Shown here piece by piece: positions 40,235-47,936 of a DNA stretch of 64,000 nt (its first letter is position 1; every line of letters starts with the position of its first letter). Source of the DNA: an uncultured Actinomycetes bacterium (lineage in GTDB: Bacteria; Actinomycetota; Thermoleophilia; Gaiellales; Gaiellaceae); contig CAVVZV010000003.1 in NCBI GenBank assembly GCA_963752845.1, positions 320,708 to 384,707 on the forward strand. The letters are read 5' to 3'. Made by a program: the position numbers and the translations under genes. The notes under the pieces were generated by a model. It was not told the DNA's origin and ran no database searches. It was given only the letters and a program-made list of their open reading frames with translations.

Positions 40235-42379
40235 ATGGCTTCAGCGACCACTGTGGATCCCGTCACCTTCGAGATCATCCGTCACAAGCTCTACAGCGTG
40301 ATGGACGAGGCGATCATCGCGCTCGAGAACGTCTCGGGGTCGCCGATTACGAACGAGGGCCACGACCTGATGGCCTCGCTCTACAAGGCCGACGGGGGCC
40401 TGATGGTCGGCGGTGTCGGCTTCCTCCACCACCTGACGAGCGCGGCGCAGGCCGTGAAGCACATCCTTGCCACCTACGCAGACGACCCGGGGATCAACGA
40501 GGACGACGTCTACTTCCTCAACGACGCCTACACCGCCGCGCTCCACCCGCCCGACGTCTACCTGATCTCGCCGATCCACTTCGAAGGGCGGCTGAACGGC
40601 TTCGCCGCGAACTTCGTCCACGTCACCGATATCGGCGCAATCGATCCCGGCGGCTTCTCGCCGAGTGCGCGCGACAACTACCAGGAGGGCTTCCAGTCGC
40701 AGGGGCTGAAGCTGGTCGAGGGCGGCCGCATGCGGCGCGACGTCCTCGACACATTCCTGAACATGGTGCGTGATCCCGGCATGACCCAGCTCGACCTCAA
40801 GTCGCAGCTCGCGGCGAACCACGTTGCGAAGCAACGGATGCTCGAGCTGTACGCCGACTACGGCGCCGACGTCGTCGAGGCTGTCTCCGAGGAGCTGATC
40901 CGCCAGTCCGAGCAGCTCGTTCGGAACAGGCTCTCGGAGCTTCCCGACGGCGAGTGGCGTGCGCGCGAGTACATCGACATGCCGGGCGCGAACGCGACCG
41001 TCGAGCTGACCGCGATCAAAGAGGGAGACACGCTCACCTACGACTTCACCGGCTCGAGCCCCCAGGCCGAGCTGGGCGTCAACTGCTCGTACTGGGCGAC
41101 GTGGGGCGGCCTCTTCGCGCCCATCTTCCCGCTCCTCGCATGGGACGTGACCTGGAACGAGGGCGTCACCCGGCCGATCAAGCTGATCGCGCCCGAGGGG
41201 ACGATCGTCAACTGCGTGCGACCGGCGCCGATCTCGATCGCCACGGTCGGGACGATCCAGATCGTCAACAACCTCTCGACGCTCGTGCTCTCGAAGCTGT
41301 TCGGAGCGAGCGAGCGTTACGCGAGCCGCGCCACCGCGGTCTGGCACGGGAGCCACGCCCATGTCGAGACGCATGGGTTCACCGAGGACGGCGAGTTCTT
41401 CGTGGCACCGCTGACGGACACGTTCTGCGGCGCCGCCGGCGCGCGCGCCTTCGCGGACGGCGTCGACATGGGCGGCGAGATCCCGAACATCGTCTCGCGC
41501 TGGGCCAACGTCGAGAGCCAGGAGCTGAACACGCCGATCCGCTATCTGTTCCGACGCGCGGTGCCCGACTCGGGCGGCCCTGGGAAGTATCGTGGCGGCG
41601 TCTGCCACGAGTACGCCTTCGTCCCGAACCGGACGAGCGGGCCGATGGGGCTCGTCCTCTTCGGCAAGGGCACGCGGGCGCCGATGAGCCTCGGCCTCTT
41701 CGGCGGCTATCCGGGCTGCAACGTGGGCTACACGACCTTCCGCAAGGGCAACGTCGACGAGCTCCCCGACCGGCTCGAGGCGCTGCGCGGGGAGGAGCAG
41801 ATCGAGCAGTCCTGGGGCCACGTCGAGCTCGACGAGGGTGACATCCAGTACGTCCGCTTCATGGGCGGCGGCGGCTACGGCGACCCACTCGACCGAGACC
41901 CGGCGCTGGTGGCGAGTGACGTGCTGGCCGGTCTCGTCACCGAGGGCCCGGCGCGGGACATCTACGGGGTCGTCCTGGACGGCGAGTCGGTGGACGTGGA
42001 CGCGACCCGTGCGAGGCGCGCCCAGCTGCGCTCGGAACGAGTCGGACGCGAGCTGGGGCCTTCGGAGCGCGCCGACGTGCCGCGCAGCGGGATGCGCCTG
42101 TCCGAGTACCTGCAACGTACCGCCGCCGGGACCACGCAGTGCACCTGGTGCGGCAACGAGGTCGCTCCGGCGGGCGCCGATTGGAAGGACCACGCCGTCC
42201 TGCGCCGGCTCCCCGTGGAGCGCGCCGGCCCGCACCGTGTCCCAGCCGGCGAGTTCTTCCTGATCGAGGCGTGCTGCCCCGCCTGCGGCACGCTGCTCGA
42301 CACCGAGCTCGCCGCGGGCGACGACCCCTACCGGCACGACCGCGTCCAGCGGTGGCCCGAGCCCGGGGCCAGCGTCTGA
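40235..42379 (+). CDS. Hydantoinase B/oxoprolinase-family protein with a C-terminal Cys4 zinc-ribbon extension (acetone-carboxylase-gamma-like)
   Basis: VDPVTFEIIRHKLYSVMDEAIIALENVSGSPITNEGHD is the HyuB signature. The C-terminus carries CTWCGNEV...LIEACCPACGTLLDTEL. Intact at 714 aa. Confidence 0.8.
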   Translation: MASATTVDPVTFEIIRHKLYSVMDEAIIALENVSGSPITNEGHDLMASLYKADGGLMVGGVGFLHHLTSAAQAVKHILATYADDPGINEDDVYFLNDAYTAALHPPDVYLISPIHFEGRLNGFAANFVHVTDIGAIDPGGFSPSARDNYQEGFQSQGLKLVEGGRMRRDVLDTFLNMVRDPGMTQLDLKSQLAANHVAKQRMLELYADYGADVVEAVSEELIRQSEQLVRNRLSELPDGEWRAREYIDMPGANATVELTAIKEGDTLTYDFTGSSPQAELGVNCSYWATWGGLFAPIFPLLAWDVTWNEGVTRPIKLIAPEGTIVNCVRPAPISIATVGTIQIVNNLSTLVLSKLFGASERYASRATAVWHGSHAHVETHGFTEDGEFFVAPLTDTFCGAAGARAFADGVDMGGEIPNIVSRWANVESQELNTPIRYLFRRAVPDSGGPGKYRGGVCHEYAFVPNRTSGPMGLVLFGKGTRAPMSLGLFGGYPGCNVGYTTFRKGNVDELPDRLEALRGEEQIEQSWGHVELDEGDIQYVRFMGGGGYGDPLDRDPALVASDVLAGLVTEGPARDIYGVVLDGESVDVDATRARRAQLRSERVGRELGPSERADVPRSGMRLSEYLQRTAAGTTQCTWCGNEVAPAGADWKDHAVLRRLPVERAGPHRVPAGEFFLIEACCPACGTLLDTELAAGDDPYRHDRVQRWPEPGASV

Positions 42380-44484
42380 TGGAGTACGTGGTCGGCATCG
42401 ACATCGGCGGGACCTGCACCGACTGCGTCGTCGTCGACGGCGAGGGGAACGTCACCCTCGGGAAGGCGTTCTCGACGCCGCCAGACTTCTCCGCCGGGAT
42501 CCTGGATTCGCTCGGCATCGCCGCGGAGCAGCTCGGCACCGAAGCACGGGAGCTGCTCGCGCGCACGGGGCTTTTCCTGCACTCGTCGACGGTGGCCGAG
42601 AACGCCGTGATCGACGAGACGCTCGCCCGCGCTGGCGTGATCACGACCCGCGGGTTCGAGGACACGCTCTTCGCCATGCGCGGCGGCTACGGCCGTTGGT
42701 CAGGGCTGACGGAGGACGAGAAGCGGAATCCCGTCGACACGGACAAGCCGCCGCCGATCGTTCCTCGCTCGCTCGTCGTCGGCATCCACGAGCGGACGGA
42801 CGCGAACGGCGACGTGAAGGCAGCCGCGACTGAAGGCCAGATCGAAGCGGCGGTGCGGACGCTCGTCGCGGAGGGGGTAGACGCCATCGCGGTCAGCACG
42901 TTGTGGTCGTTCGCAAACCCCTCGACGGAGCGCCGGGTCGCAAAGGTGGTGCAACGGATCGCGCCCGGTGCCTTCCTCACTCTCTCGCACGAGATCGCAC
43001 CGGTGGTGGGCGAGTACGAGCGCACCTCCACCGCGGCGCTCAACGCGCGCCTCGGGCCCGTGGTGCAGGGCTACCTGGACAACCTCCGCGCGAAGCTGGT
43101 CGAGCAGGGCTTCTCGGGCCAGCTGCTTGTCGCGCAGGCGTACGGCGGGCTGCTGCCGGTCGACGAGGCGGCGACGCGTCCGGTGGGGATGATCGAGTCC
43201 GGCCCGGTCAGCGGCCTCGTCGGCTCGCAGCGCCTCGGCGAACAGCTCGGGCTGCGCAACATCATTGCGGCCGACATGGGCGGCACGACGTTCAAGGTCG
43301 GGACCGTTCGCGAGGGGCTGATCGAGTACCAGCGCGAGTCGATGGTGCTGCGCTACCACTACGCGCTCCCGAAGATGGACGTGGTCTCGCTTGGGCTCGC
43401 CGGCGGCAGCATCATCTCCGTCGACGAGCGGACGGGCACGCCACGCATCGGCCCGAAGAGCGCGGGCTCGTATCCGGGGCCGATCTGCTACGCGCACGGC
43501 GGCGCCGAGCCCACGATCACCGACATCGACGCGATCCTGGGCTACCTGAACCCGGACTACTTCCTCGGCGGCCGCGCCAAGCTCGACGTCCCGAAGGCAC
43601 GGCGACTCTTCGAGCAGAAGGTCGCGGAGCCGCTCGGGCTCGACCTGACAGCTGCCGCCGCAGCGATGTACAAGCTCGCGAACAGCCTCTTCTTCGACCT
43701 CCTGCACAAGACGACGGTGCAGCGCGGGCTCGATCCACGTCGCTTCGCGCTCTTCTCGTTCGGTGGCACCGCGGGCATGCACGTCGGCGCGTACGGCGAG
43801 GACCTCGGTGTCTCGACGATCGTCATTCCGCACTCGGCGTCCGTCCACGGCGCCTTCGGCCTTGTCATGTCGGACATCGCCCACGAGGACCAGATCACGC
43901 GTCCGCTGCGGGCGCCGTTCGACCTCGCCGCGATCGAGGAGACCTACGACCGGCTGGAGGCGCGGATCACGAAGCAGCTCGAGGCGGAGGGCTTCGAGCG
44001 CAGCCAAATGCGGCTCCACCGCGCGGTCGACATGCGCTACCGCCGCCAGGTTCACATCGTGACCTCGCCCTTCGTCGGCGACGACGTGAGCCCGGGCTCG
44101 CTCGAGCAGACGATCGAGCTGTTCGAGCGTCTCTACGAGGAGAAGTACGGGCCGCAGTCCGCGTACCGGGAGGCGGGCATCGAGCTCGTCAGCTTCCGCG
44201 TCCGCGGCGTCGGCGTCGTCGGCAAGCAGGAGCTTCACGTCGAGGAGCTCGGGGGCGAGGATGCATCGGCGGCCCTCGTCGAGCGGGTCGAGGCGTGGGT
44301 GGACAAGGCCGGCGAGCTCCAGGAGGTTCCCGGCTACGACTTCGAGCGCCTTCGCCCCGGCAACGCGGTTCCGGGGCCCGCGATCGTCTGGACGCCGATC
44401 ACGACGCTCGTGATCCCGCCCGGCCAGGCGGCGCGGCTGGACGAGCACCGGAACCTCGTCCTCTCGATCGCTGATGCGGGATGA
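42379..44484 (+). CDS. Hydantoinase A/oxoprolinase-family protein
   Basis: MEYVVGIDIGGTCTDCVVVD is the HyuA N-terminus. TGATG overlap with the previous gene. In the frame of ORF 42139..44484. Confidence 0.85.
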   Translation: MEYVVGIDIGGTCTDCVVVDGEGNVTLGKAFSTPPDFSAGILDSLGIAAEQLGTEARELLARTGLFLHSSTVAENAVIDETLARAGVITTRGFEDTLFAMRGGYGRWSGLTEDEKRNPVDTDKPPPIVPRSLVVGIHERTDANGDVKAAATEGQIEAAVRTLVAEGVDAIAVSTLWSFANPSTERRVAKVVQRIAPGAFLTLSHEIAPVVGEYERTSTAALNARLGPVVQGYLDNLRAKLVEQGFSGQLLVAQAYGGLLPVDEAATRPVGMIESGPVSGLVGSQRLGEQLGLRNIIAADMGGTTFKVGTVREGLIEYQRESMVLRYHYALPKMDVVSLGLAGGSIISVDERTGTPRIGPKSAGSYPGPICYAHGGAEPTITDIDAILGYLNPDYFLGGRAKLDVPKARRLFEQKVAEPLGLDLTAAAAAMYKLANSLFFDLLHKTTVQRGLDPRRFALFSFGGTAGMHVGAYGEDLGVSTIVIPHSASVHGAFGLVMSDIAHEDQITRPLRAPFDLAAIEETYDRLEARITKQLEAEGFERSQMRLHRAVDMRYRRQVHIVTSPFVGDDVSPGSLEQTIELFERLYEEKYGPQSAYREAGIELVSFRVRGVGVVGKQELHVEELGGEDASAALVERVEAWVDKAGELQEVPGYDFERLRPGNAVPGPAIVWTPITTLVIPPGQAARLDEHRNLVLSIADAG

Positions 44485-44732
44485 TTTCAGCGGTTCGAAT
44501 CCGATCGATGGTTGCCGGTCCGCTGCCACCGCGCTGCCACCGGCGCGAATTCGGCCACTCGCGGGACGACCCTGCCGCTTCGCTCCGTGGCGCGCTTCCT
44601 GGACGTTTGGGCCACGTTCGGGCCGGGCGGCCTGACCGAAACAGCCATCTAGCCAGCCGAAGCCGCCGGCGATAGCTTCACGCTGGTCGTCGAGAGTTCG
44701 ACCGCGCCTAGGGTCCGCGGCGCAACCAGTTC

Positions 44733-45128
44733 TTAGGTGGCTGCAGCTGCCGGAGGAGCTTTTCCCGCCCAGTACCGGTTGAGGGCTCCCTGCACCTTCA
44801 CGAACCAGACGATCGCCGGGATGATCAGGATCGCGCCCGGGAAGAGCCAAAGGCCCGTCCAGCCAGTCATCGGCGGCTCCTGCCCGTCCTTGTTGTACAT
44901 CTTGCCGACCTCCGACGGGATCACGAACGCCATCACGGGGTTGATGACGATCCAGATGACGAGGCCGAGCACCCCGCCGAGACCCGCTCCCGTGTGTTGC
45001 TTCATTTCCTCCATTGTCTTGAAGACCCAGTACCAGGCGTAGAAGCCGAGCGTGATGATGAAGAGGAGAATCCCGAAGCCGATCCCGCGCGGACGGCCGA
45101 GTGGGCCGGTATTGCCGGAAGTGCTCAT
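44733..45128 (-). CDS. DUF4234-like membrane protein
   Basis: 131 aa. ILLFIITLGFYAWYWVFKTMEEMKQHTG is typical of DUF4234. Strong SD GGAGGAGG. Confidence 0.7.
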   Translation of the reverse strand: MSTSGNTGPLGRPRGIGFGILLFIITLGFYAWYWVFKTMEEMKQHTGAGLGGVLGLVIWIVINPVMAFVIPSEVGKMYNKDGQEPPMTGWTGLWLFPGAILIIPAIVWFVKVQGALNRYWAGKAPPAAAAT

Positions 45129-45179
45129 TCGTTTCCTCCTCCGTTGGTACTACGACTGGACCACGCTCCGGGGCTGGGG

Positions 45180-45473
45180 TCAACTAGATGGGATCGCCAG
45201 TTCGGCAAGCTCGTTGCCCTGCGTCTGGCGAGAGTGGCCTAGACCGGCGAGGAATAAGGAGGAGTCGATAGGCTCGCTTGAGCCGTTCGGTCCCAGCCGA
45301 TCCAGGATGGGAGAGGACCGAATGGCAGGCTTCACCTCAAGCTCGAACGCGAAGACGGGACACCCGCTGACCCGCCGACACTCCAGGCAGCGGATCAGCT
45401 CTGGAGCGCTGATGCAACGGCCCTTGCAGGCGCGTTCGAGCGCTCGGCACCCGGCCGGGTGCAGCTCAACCAC
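45180..45473 (-). CDS. Hypothetical Cys-rich protein (weak call)
   Basis: Part of ORF 45180..45629 downstream of the usp stop. VVELHPAGCRALERACKGRCISAPELIRCLECRRVSGCPVF..., GTG 45473. It lies between usp and the DUF4234 gene on the same strand. No family recognised. Confidence 0.3.
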   Translation of the reverse strand: MVELHPAGCRALERACKGRCISAPELIRCLECRRVSGCPVFAFELEVKPAIRSSPILDRLGPNGSSEPIDSSLFLAGLGHSRQTQGNELAELAIPSS

Positions 45474-45537
45474 GACTCGCCCGCCACTACCTACAGTCAG
45501 CGTTTGTGTACGGCCGCCGGCCGCCTCTTGCCGGTCG

Positions 45538-45963
45538 CTAGCTCGGTTCGTGAACGACGACCACCGGCCTCTTCGACCGGCGGACCACGTCGGCCGACAC
45601 GCTTCCGAGAAGCGAGCCGGCGATGCCACCGTGGCCCCGGGTCCCGACGACGACGAGGTCGGCGTCCCGGCTCTCGGCGATCATCGCGATCTCCTCGGCT
45701 GCGTCGCCCTCGAAGATCTCGAACTCGGCCTCGACTCCGGCCTCCTCGGCCATCGTCCTCGCGGCGTCCAGGGCTGCGCGGGCTCGGTCCAGGTGCTCGC
45801 TGAGCTTGTGCTTGTAGACGGAGCCACCCAGGAGGTCGGATACCTGCGCAGTGACGGCTACGACCAGCACCTTCGCGCCCAGCCGCTTGGCGAGGTCGAA
45901 GCCCTCCGAGAGGGCCGCGTCGGAGCCCTTGGACCCGTCCGTTCCGACGACGATCGTTGCCAT
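45538..45963 (-). CDS. Universal stress protein (UspA family)
   Basis: MATIVVGTDGS...DLVVVGTRGHGGIAGSLLGSVSADVVRRSKRPVVVV. SD GGAAGGAGGG. Confidence 0.85.
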   Translation of the reverse strand: MATIVVGTDGSKGSDAALSEGFDLAKRLGAKVLVVAVTAQVSDLLGGSVYKHKLSEHLDRARAALDAARTMAEEAGVEAEFEIFEGDAAEEIAMIAESRDADLVVVGTRGHGGIAGSLLGSVSADVVRRSKRPVVVVHEPS

Positions 45964-46065
45964 CGGTCCCTCCTTCCGTTCGCCTGGACCAGGACGTTCC
46001 GGGCCGAACCGCGCACACCCTACAGCGACGAAGACCCGGCCTGAATCGTGACGCCGGGCCTGTAG

Positions 46066-46143
46066 GTGGCGTTCACCTTCAAGCTCGAGCGGCTCGACGA
46101 GAGGCCCACGGCAGATGGCCGAGGTCCTCGGACGCGAGAATGA
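46066..46143 (+). pseudogene. Truncated 5' fragment of a small conserved ORF (duplicate of the 46913 N-terminus)
   Basis: VAFTFKLERLDERPTADG..., with stop at 46141. Nucleotides TTCACCTTCAAGCTCGAGCGGCTCGACGA match TTCGCCTTCAAGCTCGAGCGGCTGGACGG at 46919-46947, with about 4 substitutions in 29 nt. Confidence 0.4.
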
Positions 46144-46187
46144 CACTAGTGTTGGCGTGGCCCAGTTTTGGAGAGCGGAGGTAATTC

Positions 46188-46856
46188 GTGCGATTGGAAC
46201 TCGGCAGCGCTGTGCATTGCACTGATGGGCCCTTCGGTGAGATCGCCGACGTCGTCGTTGATCCGACCAAGCGGCGCCTCACCCACTTGGTTGTCGAGCC
46301 CCACAACGATCACGGCTCTGCGAGGCTCGTGCCGATCGAGCTCGTCAGCGCCCAAGAGGGGCCGCCTCCGGCTGTCGCGCTCCGATGCACCGTGGAGGAG
46401 GCCCGCCGCCTCGAGCCCGTGAATGAGTTCGCCTACCTCCGACTCGGCGAAGCGCCGAAAGAAGATCCGGGATGGGACATCGGCATCGAGAGCGTGCTCG
46501 CGCAGCCGTACTACGGCTACGGCCCCTACGGCTACGACACGGGAGCGATCGAGCCCGACCCCCACATCTCGACGACGTACGACCGCATCCCCAAGGGAGA
46601 GGTCGAGATCCGGCGGGCAAGCGAGGTCACTTCAGCCGATGGTCACCACCTTGGCCACGTCGACGGGTTCCTCGTCGACAGCGAGGACGCCATCACCCAC
46701 TTCGTTCTCGAACGAGGCCATCTGTGGGGCAAGCGGGAAGTGACGATCCCGATGGGCGCAGTTGCTCGTGTTGACACGGACGCGGTCACGCTGACGCTCA
46801 CGAAGGACGAGGTCGGCGAGCTCCCGTCTGTCCCTGTTCACCGCTGGCTGGGCTAA
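46188..46856 (+). CDS. PRC-barrel domain protein (two PRC-like barrels)
   Basis: VHCTDGPFGEIADVVVDPTKRRLTHLVVEP, and a second VTSADGHHLGHVDGFLVDSEDAITHFVLERG. SD GGAGG before GTG. Confidence 0.65.
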   Translation: MRLELGSAVHCTDGPFGEIADVVVDPTKRRLTHLVVEPHNDHGSARLVPIELVSAQEGPPPAVALRCTVEEARRLEPVNEFAYLRLGEAPKEDPGWDIGIESVLAQPYYGYGPYGYDTGAIEPDPHISTTYDRIPKGEVEIRRASEVTSADGHHLGHVDGFLVDSEDAITHFVLERGHLWGKREVTIPMGAVARVDTDAVTLTLTKDEVGELPSVPVHRWLG

Positions 46857-46912
46857 GCCGCCTGCCGGGCGACATGCTCGGTGTTCCGTCCGGTCCCGGA
46901 CAGGAAGACTGG

Positions 46913-47320
46913 ATGACCTTCGCCTTCAAGCTCGAGCGGCTGGACGGAACGCCGGCCGAAGCCCCGTCGTTCCAGACCACCGTGCTCTCGTGGAGTCCCG
47001 GCGACACGATCCCGCTCGGTGTGAACAGGACGCTCCAGGCGGTTCGCGTCCGCGACAACCACGCCGACCAGGCGTCGGTACTCGTGGTCCGCGCCGGCGG
47101 CCTCGAGCACCGCTCGCCGGATGCGCTTCGGCATAGCTATGCCACGTTCGCAATCGCCGCGGGCGTGTCGCTGTTCGAGTTCGCCCGGTTCATGGGCACG
47201 TCGGTCGAGCAGATCGACAAGACCTATGGCCACCTACTGCCGGACGCGCTCGACCGGACGCGGCAAGCGCTCGACGTGTTCGCGCTAAGCCAAGAAAGAG
47301 ACGCCGAGCGCGCTCTCTAG
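46913..47320 (+). pseudogene. Chimeric ORF: a small hypothetical protein fused to the 3' remnant of a tyrosine recombinase (integrase) gene
   Basis: The N-terminal part is MTFAFKLERLDGTPAEAPSFQTTVLSWSPGDTIPLG...VLVV. From about 47100 it reads ALRHSYATFAIAAGVSLFEFARFMGTSVEQIDKTYGHLLP, the integrase C-terminal catalytic box (H-x-x-R ... Y). The N-terminal two-thirds of an integrase is absent. Confidence 0.65.
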
Positions 47321-47382
47321 CAGCAGTCGCAGCAGCTGCAGTCGCAGTCAGGGCCGCAACAGTCGCAATCACATGCGCGCAT
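47317..47382 (-). CDS. 21-codon polycysteine micro-ORF (MRACDCDCCGPDCDCSCCDCC)
   Basis: Hand translated. SD GGGAAGGAGG ends 6 nt before ATG 47382-47380. 10 Cys and 5 Asp in 21 residues. Stop TAG 47319-47317. Below the ORF-track size cut-off. Confidence 0.45.
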   Translation of the reverse strand: MRACDCDCCGPDCDCSCCDCC

Positions 47383-47442
47383 CCAGAGCCTCCTTCCCGC
47401 CGTTTGGGCCACCTGTGGGCCACGCCGCCGCGAGCATTTGAG

Positions 47443-47517
47443 TCGGGGCGCCCGGATTTGAACCGGGGACCTCTAGTCCCCCAGACTAGCGCGCTAACCA
47501 GGCTGCGCCACGCCCCG
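47443..47517 (-). tRNA. tRNA-Pro (anticodon GGG)
   Basis: Manual cloverleaf:
- Acceptor stem CGGGGCG/CGCCCCG.
- D stem GCGC/GCGC.
- Anticodon stem CTAGT/ACTAG, with loop CTGGGGG.
- T arm CCCGG-TTCAAAT-CCGGG.
- Discriminator A.
No CCA is encoded. Confidence 0.9.
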
Positions 47518-47657
47518 TCCGCCCTACGATAGCGCCTCGGCGCAGCCCTCTTTCCCGAGTCACGAAATCTGAGCAAACAGCGCGCGAATCGCTGCACTCG
47601 ACGCAAGGCTTCAAGCCGAAACGCGTCTTGAAATCGAGGTCATCGTTTCGTCTCCGG

Positions 47658-47746
47658 TTGTCCACACCCCTGAAAATGCGGCTTCAGGGACACCGCCTGG
47701 GCAGCCACGTTGCCTGCACCGACGATATCCACAGGCCTGTGGAAAA
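47658..47746. promoter_or_regulatory. Cluster of three DnaA-box-like 9-mers, including a perfect 16-bp palindrome
   Basis: TTGTCCACA (47658-47666), ATATCCACA (47725-47733) and the reverse complement of TTTTCCACA (47738-47746). The last two form TCCACAGGCCTGTGGA (47728-47743). Confidence 0.3.
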
Positions 47747-47936
47747 ATCTGGGAATAATCGAGAACAGCAAGACAAAGCGGAGAAGTCGCCGGCGCCGCC
47801 GCCGGGACAGTTCGTCTCGAACGACCTCGAACGGGAAACGGCGCGCTTCATCGACGAGGTCAAGGAGCTCGCGAAACGCCGCAAGAAGCGCGCAGCCGAG
47901 GAGCGGCGCGGGCCGCCGCGGCCTGAAGACGATTAG
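47739..47936 (+). CDS. Hypothetical small basic/acidic protein (weak call, start uncertain)
   Basis: C-terminal part of ORF 47628..47936: ...FVSNDLERETARFIDEVKELAKRRKKRAAEERRGPPRPEDD. GTG 47739 is a possible start. No family recognised. Confidence 0.25.
   Translation: MEKSGNNREQQDKAEKSPAPPPGQFVSNDLERETARFIDEVKELAKRRKKRAAEERRGPPRPEDD

Noticed and set aside
44494-44512. tRNA-like T-arm string GCGGTTCGAATCCGATCG after hyuA; a possible att remnant of the tRNA-Pro island.
   Set aside because: The T stem does not close (GCGG against CCGA) and no acceptor or anticodon arms surround it. It is on the opposite strand to tRNA-Pro and does not match that tRNA's 3' half.
42700-45183. Very long ORFs on the strand opposite to conserved genes. 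Examples: 42700..45183(-) at 827 aa, 40241..42337(-), 48439..50907(+) at 822 aa, 55692..57743(+), 1430..2782(-), 36794..38320(-), 340..1146(-).
   Set aside because: They mirror well-supported genes (hyuA/B, proS-ispG, frr-pyrH-tsf, ABC genes), are Arg/Pro/Gly/Asp-rich low-complexity translations, and lack SD or start context. Such shadow ORFs are expected in GC-rich DNA, where stop codons are rare.
47321-47380. Plus-strand reading of the (GCA/GTC)n-like stretch as a Gln/Ser-rich peptide (QQSQQLQSQSGPQQSQS).
   Set aside because: It lies after the stop of the plus-strand ORF and has no start codon or SD. The minus-strand reading has both.
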